DNA of 64,000 nucleotides from an uncultured virus (IMG/VR IMGVR_UViG_3300042545_001275). Its lineage: Duplodnaviria; Heunggongvirae; Uroviricota; Caudoviricetes. The position numbers were made by a program, and so were the translations under genes. The DNA lies in the IMG/VR virus record IMGVR_UViG_3300042545_001275, positions 1 through 64,000 of that record; one strand, given 5' to 3'. Under the pieces are notes generated by a model that worked only from the letters and a program-made list of their open reading frames with translations, did no database searches and was not told where the DNA came from. Positions 19,967-29,320 of this stretch are shown piece after piece (position 1 is the first letter of the stretch; the number at the start of each line of letters is the position of its first letter).

Positions 19967-20854
19967 TTATAAATTTTTTAGTATTTTTTCAATATTAAAA
20001 ATTTCATTATAATCATCGTATGGACATTCATCAATCATTCCTGTAATGTCATAATCAAACAAATAAGAATTCGCGGAGCCTTCTAAATATGAATTTTCTG
20101 ATAATATATTATTATGCAAAGAATAACCAAAAAGTTCTGGCTTTGTAATATTCCAAAATACGGTAGATTTCAACCCTAAAGCAGCAGATGCGTGTTGTAA
20201 GCATGAATCTATTAATAATCTTTTATCTGACCATAATAATAAACTTATAAGAACTTTTTTAGACATTTTTTGATCAATTCTTAAACAATTATTTAAAACT
20301 GGATGATTATCGTAACACACATGCATTATGTTATAATTTTCAGATAATACATTCACTAATTCTTGAGCAATCGCAGGATGTATATCTCTAGCCCAAGAGT
20401 ATGGTAAACTTTGAGTAGCAGATCCAGCTCCCCCGAATGGTTGAAATATTAAAAGGGGTTTGTTATCTTTAAAGTTAATTAAAGTTCTAGATATTTCTTT
20501 TTCTCTAGAATTTAAATAAATTTGCGGAATTTCATTATTATATTCAACTCCTATCATATCGCACCATGTTTGAATCAGGTGTTTTTCTTTAGTGATGTGT
20601 GATGTTTGTTTGTAAGGTTCTTGAGCAAAAATTTCAACATCTTTTTTATAAATAAAATCTCTATAAAAATATTGATTGCTTCCTAATCTTAATGATTTTT
20701 CAATTATTGGATTATTGTAAAATATTTCAGGATATGCACATGAAACTATAATTTTAGTTTCTGGATTTTTATTATGATATGCTTTTAAAACTGCTGATGC
20801 TGCTATGTGTTTACCGACCCCGCCTTCAATATGAAAAATCGCTGTTTCTGCCAT
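19967..20854 (-). CDS. glycosyltransferase, GT9 (heptosyltransferase)-like
   Basis: EGGVGKHI N-terminus, IFQPFGG, IDSCLQHASAALG, PELFGY. Confidence 0.75.
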   Translation of the reverse strand: MAETAIFHIEGGVGKHIAASAVLKAYHNKNPETKIIVSCAYPEIFYNNPIIEKSLRLGSNQYFYRDFIYKKDVEIFAQEPYKQTSHITKEKHLIQTWCDMIGVEYNNEIPQIYLNSREKEISRTLINFKDNKPLLIFQPFGGAGSATQSLPYSWARDIHPAIAQELVNVLSENYNIMHVCYDNHPVLNNCLRIDQKMSKKVLISLLLWSDKRLLIDSCLQHASAALGLKSTVFWNITKPELFGYSLHNNILSENSYLEGSANSYLFDYDITGMIDECPYDDYNEIFNIEKILKNL

Positions 20855-20899
20855 AAAAATTATTTATTGTAATTTAAGTCAAAGTCAATAAGTAGATCT

Positions 20900-21688
20900 A
20901 TGAAAGAAAAAGAAATATTTTTTATTAACGGAATGCCAAGATCTGGTTCAACACTGCTTTGTAATATATTAGCACAAAACCCAGAATTTCACGTCACAGC
21001 CACCAGCGGTTTATCTGAAATAGTCAAAGGGATACACGAATTCTGGAAAACAAGTCCAATAATCAAAGCATCAGAATCTCCAGAAAAACAATTAAGAATT
21101 ATAAAAGATTTATTTCAATCTTATCATTCTGATACAGATAGACCCATAGTTTTTAATAAATCCAGAGCTTGGGCAGGATTGATCGAATTAGTTGAAAATT
21201 CATTAGATAGACCTATAAAAATAATAACCACGACTCGTGATATTCCTAGTGTGTTGGCTTCTATGGAAAAACTTTATAGAAAAGAAATCAAAAATATCAA
21301 TAGTCCTTTTCAATCTGGACCTCAAATGAGTACACTTGAAGGTAGATTAAATGTGTGGGCAGCATCTGATGGCTTGGTTGGGGGAACTTATAATGCAATT
21401 TTAGATGCTATTTACAGAGGGCATCGTGATAAGTTTCATTTTGTAAATTATGAATTATTAACCAGAGATCCAAAAACCACAATGATAAATGTTTATCATT
21501 TTTTAGGAAAATCATATTACGATCATGATTTTACAAATGTACAACAATATACAAAAGAAAACGATGCTGAACACGGGTTTACGGATTTACATACAATAAG
21601 ACCAAATATACAACCACAAATAGATGATAGTAGATCTATATTAGGAGGGTTATATGATAGATTTGGCAATTTTAATTATGAATTTTAG
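20900..21688 (+). CDS. sulfotransferase
   Basis: 5'-PSB motif GMPRSGSTLL, RDIPSVLAS, VNYELLTRDP. Confidence 0.85.
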   Translation: MKEKEIFFINGMPRSGSTLLCNILAQNPEFHVTATSGLSEIVKGIHEFWKTSPIIKASESPEKQLRIIKDLFQSYHSDTDRPIVFNKSRAWAGLIELVENSLDRPIKIITTTRDIPSVLASMEKLYRKEIKNINSPFQSGPQMSTLEGRLNVWAASDGLVGGTYNAILDAIYRGHRDKFHFVNYELLTRDPKTTMINVYHFLGKSYYDHDFTNVQQYTKENDAEHGFTDLHTIRPNIQPQIDDSRSILGGLYDRFGNFNYEF

Positions 21689-24675
21689 AGGAAATGTAAT
21701 GGTATCTTTCTAAGAGATCCATTAACACCAATTATTAAATATTGGGCAATCGCACCCGCTGTTGCGGTAGTACTCAATGGAAATGCTTCAGAACCTATTG
21801 AAATTTGATTTGAAGCACTGACAGTAGCAAAGTTACCAAGTGCAATTGTGTTGCTCAATCCATTGGTGAGTGTATTTGAATTTCTACCTATTAAAATATT
21901 ACCATGTCCTGATAAGTTGGTAAATCCTGCGCATAGACCAACAAATATGTTATTGCTTCCGTAATTATTATAACCAGCACTTAAACCAATAGACAGTACA
22001 TTACTTCCACTTAAAGTAGTGACATTATCGCTAATTGAAAAATTAGTACCTTGACTTCTTACAAGATAATTACTAGCAGATAATTGTAAAGAAGATGCGG
22101 TTAATGTTCCATAAATTGCTTGAGAAACTTGGAATGCGTTTGAAACATTTACTCTAGCGCCAAAACCACTGGTTTCTTGGAATGTTGTATATGTACTTTG
22201 CCAATTTGCGCTTAATGCAGTCATGGTTGCAAACGTGTTGTTCCAATTTGAGCTTAATGCAGTCATGGTTGCAAACGTGTTGTTCCAATTTGCACTGTTG
22301 GTTTGTGTTATTGTATGTGCTAAGTTCCATTGATTACTGTTACCACCACTAGCATACATTACAGAATTTGAACTTAAAGCTCCAGATACTGAGAGATTAC
22401 CAATAATATTAAATCCAGACAATTCGAATTGTTTAATATCTATTACGCTTATATTAGCAGATAATACATTAAGTGTAGTTACATTAGCAACATTTATATT
22501 AGCAGTTAATGCATCGATTCTAGACATGTTTGAAGACAAAGCTTCAAAATATATAGAAGATATTCTATTATTAACTGTGAGATTGTTTATTTTGGCAGGG
22601 GTTCCTATAAATACTGTATTTCCAGAAGATGATATTGATATATTTTCTGTATTTAAAACTATTTGATTTGATTGTGTTGCGATTGCATTTTTTCCAATTA
22701 TAATTGAACCACTCAATGAACTGAACGCAGGACTTAAAGTTCCTGAATTACTACCAATGAAAATATTTTCTGAACCGTTTTTATTATGAGTTCCAGATTG
22801 CACACCCACTGCTATGTTTTTTTGTCCTGTAATGTTACAACTCCCAGCATAATGACCTATAGAAGTATTACATGTGCCTATTGTAGTTCTAAAACCAGCA
22901 CCCGCTCCGAAAAAGTTATTACACCCACCTGATGTAACATAACGACCAGCGAGACTACCTATAAAGTTATTTGAATCTGCTGTATTAACAAAACCAGCAG
23001 CTGAGCCAATGAAATTATTATCCGAGCCTGTTGATCGAATCCCAGCAGCCGTTCCTATAAAATTATTATTAGTACCTGCGATATTGTAATAACCTGCACA
23101 AAATCCAATAAAATTATTATAATTAACTTGAGTATTTACACCAGCTCTATTTCCTATAAAGTTATTATGATTTCCATAGGCGCTGTTTAGTCCAGCAGCA
23201 AAACCAAAGAAATTATTAAAGAATCCAAATGTGTTACCACACCCAGCATAACGTCCTATAAAGTTATTATATGCGCCGATGGTGTTACAAGCACCAGAAT
23301 GGTCGCCTATAAAATTATTAGAGCCTCCAGTTGTATTACTACGACCAGAATTTTTACCAACAAAAAAGTTATAACATGCGGCAGATCCATTACACTCATC
23401 GCCATATGCTCTACTGTTAAATCCAGCACATTCTCCTAAAAATATGTTATGATTGGTTGATTGACAATTAATAACAATAGTAGTTCCATTGTCGAAATAA
23501 CTATATCTAGATCCTAAAGAATGACCAGCTTTAAATCCAATTGCTATGTTGCTTTGGGGAGCTATGTTAGTTTTTGGAGAAAACGGATTTGTGTACCCAT
23601 AACCAGCTTTATAACCTATAAATGTATTATTTGTAGGATTACTTGTATATTGAGATATTTTACTACCAGCAGCGAAACCTATAAAATTATTATTAGATCC
23701 TGTGGTATTGCTGAAACCAGCACTTAATCCAATAAAATTATTATTAGATCCTGTGGTATTTTTAAAACCTGAGCTAAGACCTATGAATGTATTACTATAT
23801 CCTGTGGTATTAAAAAACCCAGAATTTGATCCAATAAAATTATTTGAATTTCCAAATGTATTTGATCTACCAGCATTATTTCCTATAAAGGTATTATAAC
23901 AGCCACCTCTATTACAAAAACCAGCGCTGTTTCCTATAGCAACATTAAGAGATCCTGATAAATTAGTATATCCAGATCTCACACCTATAAAGGTATTTGA
24001 AGATCCTGTTGTGCTATATCTACCAGCATATCTGCCAATATTTGTATTGTCATTTCCTGTGGTATTTGATTCTCCTGCGCGATTGCCTATGAACGTATTT
24101 CCACTTCCAGAATTATTGCTTGCGCCAGCACAACAACCCATAAAATTATTAAAAGAACCTGTGTTATTTTGTCCAGCAGCCAAACCCACAAAATTATTAA
24201 AAGAGCCTGTGTTATTTTGTCCAGCTATTTGTCCTATAAAAGTATTATTAGAGCCATTGTTTCTAAAACCAGCTCCAGATCCTATAAACGTATTCGAAGT
24301 TCCTGTTGTGTTTAGTAAACCAGATGAAAGACCTATGAATATGTTATTAGTTCCGCTTATAGCGTTGGTGTGTGGTCTTATTCCTAGTGAGGTTGATGTT
24401 GATTGAAATACATAACCACCTGATAATATAAGATTTGATGCTGTTAATGAACCGAATATGGTTTGGGATGTTGTAAAATTATTATTTCTATTAACTGTTG
24501 CAAACTGTCCACTGAGTTGAGAAAATCTACTTATTGAAAATAAACTTCCAGAAAGATAAGTTGTCAAAGAACTTAAAGTACCTACTCTTGTCACACCACT
24601 TTGCACAAGAGGTATTTGTTCAGATCCCTGATATGGTAAATTATTCAAGGGAAGTTGAGAAATTTTAACAGCCAT
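21685..24675 (-). CDS. tail fibre / adhesin with beta-roll repeats
   Basis: MAVKISQLP fibre-type N-terminus; dozens of about 14-aa NNFIGxxAGxxNTxG repeats; NW-heptad coiled coil; C-terminal KIPL. Confidence 0.7.
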   Translation of the reverse strand: MAVKISQLPLNNLPYQGSEQIPLVQSGVTRVGTLSSLTTYLSGSLFSISRFSQLSGQFATVNRNNNFTTSQTIFGSLTASNLILSGGYVFQSTSTSLGIRPHTNAISGTNNIFIGLSSGLLNTTGTSNTFIGSGAGFRNNGSNNTFIGQIAGQNNTGSFNNFVGLAAGQNNTGSFNNFMGCCAGASNNSGSGNTFIGNRAGESNTTGNDNTNIGRYAGRYSTTGSSNTFIGVRSGYTNLSGSLNVAIGNSAGFCNRGGCYNTFIGNNAGRSNTFGNSNNFIGSNSGFFNTTGYSNTFIGLSSGFKNTTGSNNNFIGLSAGFSNTTGSNNNFIGFAAGSKISQYTSNPTNNTFIGYKAGYGYTNPFSPKTNIAPQSNIAIGFKAGHSLGSRYSYFDNGTTIVINCQSTNHNIFLGECAGFNSRAYGDECNGSAACYNFFVGKNSGRSNTTGGSNNFIGDHSGACNTIGAYNNFIGRYAGCGNTFGFFNNFFGFAAGLNSAYGNHNNFIGNRAGVNTQVNYNNFIGFCAGYYNIAGTNNNFIGTAAGIRSTGSDNNFIGSAAGFVNTADSNNFIGSLAGRYVTSGGCNNFFGAGAGFRTTIGTCNTSIGHYAGSCNITGQKNIAVGVQSGTHNKNGSENIFIGSNSGTLSPAFSSLSGSIIIGKNAIATQSNQIVLNTENISISSSGNTVFIGTPAKINNLTVNNRISSIYFEALSSNMSRIDALTANINVANVTTLNVLSANISVIDIKQFELSGFNIIGNLSVSGALSSNSVMYASGGNSNQWNLAHTITQTNSANWNNTFATMTALSSNWNNTFATMTALSANWQSTYTTFQETSGFGARVNVSNAFQVSQAIYGTLTASSLQLSASNYLVRSQGTNFSISDNVTTLSGSNVLSIGLSAGYNNYGSNNIFVGLCAGFTNLSGHGNILIGRNSNTLTNGLSNTIALGNFATVSASNQISIGSEAFPLSTTATAGAIAQYLIIGVNGSLRKIPLHFL

Positions 24676-24697
24676 GTCTTTATTTATTTAGTTTTTG

Positions 24698-24705
24698 TAT
24701 AAATA
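24698..24705 (+). promoter_or_regulatory. T4-type late promoter TATAAATA
   Basis: Perfect TATAAATA 9 nt before ATG at 24715; back-to-back with minus-strand TAAATA at 24681-24686. Confidence 0.6.
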
Positions 24706-24714
24706 CTCCAATAT

Positions 24715-24936
24715 ATGAAAAAAATAAAATTATTAAAGGGATTACTACAAAAAGAAGAAAAAATACTCGATGCTTTTGAAGATTTACAAAATTTTTTGGA
24801 TTCTACCGAAGATGAAGAGTTGTCTAGCATGGGAAATGAATTACATGAATTGTTGATTGACTTTTTTCAGACCAATGATACATTAAACATATATGACATC
24901 CGAAATTTCGTCGAAGAAGAATACGAATCCAACTAA
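24715..24936 (+). CDS. small acidic hypothetical protein
   Basis: 73-aa ORF heading the rmlD-rmlA-gp44 operon. Confidence 0.6.
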   Translation: MKKIKLLKGLLQKEEKILDAFEDLQNFLDSTEDEELSSMGNELHELLIDFFQTNDTLNIYDIRNFVEEEYESN

Positions 24937-25777
24937 TGTTTTAATTTTAGGAGCAGGATATGTTGGTACTGAATTATTTTGTCATTCAGCCAAAGAACAC
25001 ATTAATTATTATTTAAAGTCGAGAAAAGATCTAGATTACTCTGATCAATCAACCCTAAGTAAGTTTTTACTCAATAACAAAATTGAGTATGTCATTAACT
25101 GTTCTGGATTTACTGGTAGACCGAATGTTGATGAAGGGGAGATTAAGAAAAAAGAATGTTGGGAACTTAATGTCTTACTGCCTTTAAAAATTAGTAAGAT
25201 TTGCAAAGCTCTTAATATTAATTATATTCATATTTCATCGGGATGTATCTACTCTGGTTATGAAAAGGAATTTACTGAAGAAGATGCTCCTAATTTTGGA
25301 TTGTACGATCATTCGTCTTTCTATTCAAAATCAAAACACGCATTTGAAACTCTGAATGATTATGGATGTACAATCCGTGTTAGAATGCCATTCGGTGATG
25401 ATCTTCATGAAAGAAGTTTTATTACTAAAATCTTAAAATATGATAATTTAGTTAATTATAAAAACTCTAAGACATATCTTCCAGATCTCTGCAACTTTAT
25501 CGAATATATTGTTGATAATAGTATTAATGCTAATAAGATAGGGGTAATTAATTTTGTAAATCCAGAAGCTAAAGATACAGAGTTTTTAGTTGAACGTATG
25601 AAATTCTTTAATAGCTATCAAAATAAAAATTGGAAGTTTGTAGATATTAAAGATATTAATATTACAGCACCTAGATCCAATTGTGTTCTTTCTATAGATA
25701 AGTTAAAAAGTATGTTTCCTGACTTCCACATCGAAACAGAAGCAAATGCAATCGAAATGGCACTAACTAATATCTAA
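24893..25777 (+). CDS. rmlD: dTDP-4-dehydrorhamnose reductase, NRS/ER-type (possibly bifunctional 3,5-epimerase/4-reductase)
   Basis: ILGAGYVG, GFTGRPNVD, SSGCIY, PNF...SFYSKSK, IRVRMP, FITKI, PRSNCVL. Confidence 0.85.
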   Translation: MTSEISSKKNTNPTNVLILGAGYVGTELFCHSAKEHINYYLKSRKDLDYSDQSTLSKFLLNNKIEYVINCSGFTGRPNVDEGEIKKKECWELNVLLPLKISKICKALNINYIHISSGCIYSGYEKEFTEEDAPNFGLYDHSSFYSKSKHAFETLNDYGCTIRVRMPFGDDLHERSFITKILKYDNLVNYKNSKTYLPDLCNFIEYIVDNSINANKIGVINFVNPEAKDTEFLVERMKFFNSYQNKNWKFVDIKDINITAPRSNCVLSIDKLKSMFPDFHIETEANAIEMALTNI

Positions 25778-25781
25778 TTTT

Positions 25782-26513
25782 ATGAAAGGAATAATCTTAG
25801 CGGGAGGCAAGGGTACACGATTGTATCCATTAACACGTACTATCAGTAAACAGCTATTGCCTGTTTATAATAAACCAATGATCTACTACCCCCTTCAAAC
25901 ATTAAAGGATATGGGTATCAGAGAAATACTAATTATCACAGCAGATTCTCAACAATGTAGATTGTTTCAGAATCAACTCAGACACGGGGAACCATATGGT
26001 TTAAAAATTGAATATGCTATTCAAGAAAATCCAGGGGGATTACCTGAAGCATTTATTATAGGTGAAAATTTCATTGGAAATGATGATGTCACTTTAATTC
26101 TAGGAGACAATGTATTTATTACTAATTCAGAAATTAAAGCAATTCCAAACACCATATACACATATAAAGTGAAAAACCCATCTGCATATGGTGTTGCTGA
26201 AATCAATGACGATGGTAAATTAATCAACATTATCGAAAAACCAGCAGAATATGTTAGCGATAAAGCTGTTGTAGGATTATATGTTTTTACTAATATCGCT
26301 ATTGAACTTGCGAAAGAATTAACACCTTCAAAACGAGGAGAACTTGAAATTGTCGATCTTATCAAAAAAATAGACGATGCTGAAGGCATATCTGTTCAAG
26401 AATTTGAAGGATTTTGGTTTGATTGCGGAACTCACAATGATTTGCTTGACTGTGCGAATTTAGTTGCTACAATTGAACATAGAACAAACAAAATTGTAGG
26501 ATTATCAGAATGA
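25782..26513 (+). CDS. rmlA: glucose-1-phosphate thymidylyltransferase
   Basis: GIILAGGKGTRLYPLT, KQLLPVYNKPMIYYPL, LILGDN, PSKRGELEI, WFDCGT. Confidence 0.95.
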   Translation: MKGIILAGGKGTRLYPLTRTISKQLLPVYNKPMIYYPLQTLKDMGIREILIITADSQQCRLFQNQLRHGEPYGLKIEYAIQENPGGLPEAFIIGENFIGNDDVTLILGDNVFITNSEIKAIPNTIYTYKVKNPSAYGVAEINDDGKLINIIEKPAEYVSDKAVVGLYVFTNIAIELAKELTPSKRGELEIVDLIKKIDDAEGISVQEFEGFWFDCGTHNDLLDCANLVATIEHRTNKIVGLSE

Positions 26514-27421
26514 ATTTATGGATTGAAAAATATAGACCGCAAACATTAGATGATATGTGTTTGTCGGATAGTATAAGAGCCTTTTTCTCATCTTTCACCA
26601 ACGAAATACCCCACTTTCTTTTTACAGGAAATCCTGGCACTGGAAAAACCACTATATCTAGAATAATTGTACAAGATATCTTAAAATGCGATTACTTGTA
26701 TATAAATGCATCAGATGAGACTGGCATTGACAATATAAGAGTTAAAGTATCTGGATTTGTACAAACTAAAAGTTTTGATGGTGGTATCAAAGTTGTTGTT
26801 CTTGATGAAGCAGATGGCTTATCAAAAGAAGCTCAAAAATGTTTGCGTAATTTAATGGAAGATTATGCTAAAGTTGCTAGATTCATTTTAACAGCAAATT
26901 ATCGTCACAAAATCATAGCTCCGTTACAATCAAGATGTCAAAGTGTAGATATTAGACCGACATTGAAGGGGGCTGTTAAAAGATGCTTATATGTTTTACA
27001 AAATGAAGACATTGACATACCTAAAGAACAAAATAAAGCATTAATCGATCTTGTTAAGAATTATTTCCCAGATCTTAGGAAATGTATCAATGAAATTCAG
27101 AAACACTCAATCGATGGTGTTTTAAATATCGATGGAAAAACAGATAACAACAGTTTATGTTCTTACATATGGACTGGTATTTTAAACAAATCATCATTAC
27201 AAACTAGAAAATATTTGATTGAAAATGATCATTTGTTTGATAATGATTACGACCAGTTGCTTTCTAATCTTTTAAATTATATCTATGATTTAGAAGTCGA
27301 TGAATTACAAAAAAAACAAGCTATCGTGCAAATTGCAGATAGCTTGTTTAGAAGTAGTAATGTGATTGACAAAGAGATCAATGCATTTGCATGTCTTTTG
27401 TCTTTAGAGAATATATTTTAA
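26510..27421 (+). CDS. gp44: clamp loader large subunit (gp44 / RFC-like AAA+)
   Basis: LWIEKYRP, GNPGTGKTT, INASDE, LDEADG, LQSRC, FPDLRK. Confidence 0.93.
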   Translation: MNLWIEKYRPQTLDDMCLSDSIRAFFSSFTNEIPHFLFTGNPGTGKTTISRIIVQDILKCDYLYINASDETGIDNIRVKVSGFVQTKSFDGGIKVVVLDEADGLSKEAQKCLRNLMEDYAKVARFILTANYRHKIIAPLQSRCQSVDIRPTLKGAVKRCLYVLQNEDIDIPKEQNKALIDLVKNYFPDLRKCINEIQKHSIDGVLNIDGKTDNNSLCSYIWTGILNKSSLQTRKYLIENDHLFDNDYDQLLSNLLNYIYDLEVDELQKKQAIVQIADSLFRSSNVIDKEINAFACLLSLENIF

Positions 27422-28095
27422 GCGGTTGCAGGAAGTGGAGGAGGAGTAGCAGCTGATTGTTGTGATCCACCAGCATTATAACCTTGCTTAAATGCACCGC
27501 CAATACCACCAGTAAATCCTGTATCTTGTGCTGTTTGTTTTTGAGCGGATGTTGCGCCCTTAGCTTGTTCAAGTCTGTTCATTATTTGGGCAAGTGACAT
27601 ATTAGTAACCTCTCCTCTTAAATTAATTAAACCTTTATTTTGAGCCGCTTGAATCAAATCAATCAACGCCATGGCAGATTTTGAAGCATTTTCAATTGCT
27701 TGAGCTTGTTCTTTATCTGCTGCGGCTGTGTTGTAAAGATTTCCAACATTTTGAGCAGCTTGACCAGCGGCTGCTTTTACACCAGAACCAACTTGACCGA
27801 CTTTTTGAGCGGTTGTTTGTCCAGCTTGCTTAACGGCATCTACAGCCCCTCTACCAGCTGCTGCAAGACCCCTACCAGCTGCTGAACCAACAGCACCTAT
27901 ACCAGAAGCAACTCTACCAGCGGCTTGTCCCAAAGCTCCTAAAATTTCTTCTATAACTTGAGCTTCTTCAAGTGTCATGTGAGGGAGTCTTTTCTGAATT
28001 TCAGCAATTGTCATATTTGGTGCTGATTCTTGAAAAAGTTGAAGTGAATATGCTTCAGCTAAAAGTATCTGATCTATTTTTGTTATTCTTGCCAT
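27418..28095 (-). CDS. Ala/Gly/Gln-rich putative virion internal protein
   Basis: DQILLAEAY leader, VIEE/ILG followed by Ala/Gly-rich helices; TAAATA 5 nt upstream. Confidence 0.5.
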   Translation of the reverse strand: MARITKIDQILLAEAYSLQLFQESAPNMTIAEIQKRLPHMTLEEAQVIEEILGALGQAAGRVASGIGAVGSAAGRGLAAAGRGAVDAVKQAGQTTAQKVGQVGSGVKAAAGQAAQNVGNLYNTAAADKEQAQAIENASKSAMALIDLIQAAQNKGLINLRGEVTNMSLAQIMNRLEQAKGATSAQKQTAQDTGFTGGIGGAFKQGYNAGGSQQSAATPPPLPATA

Positions 28096-28111
28096 ATTAT
28101 TATTTATGCGG

Positions 28112-28372
28112 TTAAGGTATTTTTTTTAAATAATCTAAAATTAAATTGTACATTTCTTGGGTGTGTTTGTTTATATCACCTCCAAATACTTTGGACACAT
28201 CTTTACCAACATCATATGCAACAGATTTTGCAAATTCATGCTGTTTATTTGTTTGCTTTAAAGAAGATTTAGAAAAAGCTCCAACTACTTTAGATCCAAG
28301 TCTTCTAATAAGACCTTCTTCTACGAGAGATTCTTCATATACTTCGGCTATTTTTTGATTTTCGTTTATCAT
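28112..28372 (-). CDS. small hypothetical protein (putative internal head protein)
   Basis: ENQKIAEVYEESLVEE/GL leader. Confidence 0.5.
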   Translation of the reverse strand: MINENQKIAEVYEESLVEEGLIRRLGSKVVGAFSKSSLKQTNKQHEFAKSVAYDVGKDVSKVFGGDINKHTQEMYNLILDYLKKIP

Positions 28373-28384
28373 AATATTATAATT

Positions 28385-29287
28385 TTAAGAAGCATATGCT
28401 ACAACTTCGATATCTTTACCTCCTGGATTTCTTCCAAGATTTTCAAAATTAAATGAAATCATACTGTTTTCAATTTCTTGTTCTTCATCAAATGGATCTC
28501 CGCTTGTTGATTTTCTTCTAAAAGATAACATTTTCTGTGCGCTATGACCAGGATGATGATGAGCTTTTGATATGTCTATATCATTGGTAACAGCATCTAA
28601 GTCAAATCCAAGTTCATCCAATGCACTGGTGGCAGCTCTCAATGCTTGTCCAGCGGTTTCAAAACGAGCATTTCCATCTAAACCATAAATTGTCAATTTA
28701 TTTGTAATTTGATGTCTTTCTGAATCAGAAATTCTGGTTGGATTACTGGCAGCTTCATACAACATGCCAAGCATTTGATTATCTTTCTTTAATGTAGTGC
28801 TTTCTGGAAGTTTATATTCTGTTGGGGTGGCTTTCCCATTACCTTTGTCAGTTTTTCTGGTGATATGATTATTATCAATATTAACCACTTCTGGTTTTAT
28901 TGTAATTTTGTCTTTTCTCTTCCACTCATCAGGAATTGGGCTTAAATTGATGTCATCTGATGGGATTTTGTCAACCATATCAGAAGAAACGGTAACTTTA
29001 CCATAAATTCTGGTTCCACCTTGGTCAGCGGCAATTGTTAATACATAATTATCTGATGTTTTGAATTGATTGCCAGCACTGGCTCCAGATAGCTTATCTC
29101 CAACTTGAACCACTTTTATATTCAACCCACATGTTGCTAAATCGTCAACTTCCTTTTGTAATTCTGTTGACATTGCCTTGTAAGCATCGCATGATTTATA
29201 GTTAGGTCTGAATTTAACAAGATCGCCAGTAAGATAATCATGACGAGCTACAACAGACTCAAAAATTGCATCAAATAATTTTCCCAT
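28385..29287 (-). CDS. hypothetical protein (two-domain, putative head-associated)
   Basis: MGKLFDAIFES leader, internal DNQMLGMLYE; TAAATA 6 nt upstream. Confidence 0.55.
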   Translation of the reverse strand: MGKLFDAIFESVVARHDYLTGDLVKFRPNYKSCDAYKAMSTELQKEVDDLATCGLNIKVVQVGDKLSGASAGNQFKTSDNYVLTIAADQGGTRIYGKVTVSSDMVDKIPSDDINLSPIPDEWKRKDKITIKPEVVNIDNNHITRKTDKGNGKATPTEYKLPESTTLKKDNQMLGMLYEAASNPTRISDSERHQITNKLTIYGLDGNARFETAGQALRAATSALDELGFDLDAVTNDIDISKAHHHPGHSAQKMLSFRRKSTSGDPFDEEQEIENSMISFNFENLGRNPGGKDIEVVAYAS

Positions 29288-29320
29288 GCAAATTATTTAG
29301 TTAAAATGGTAAATAAAGTT

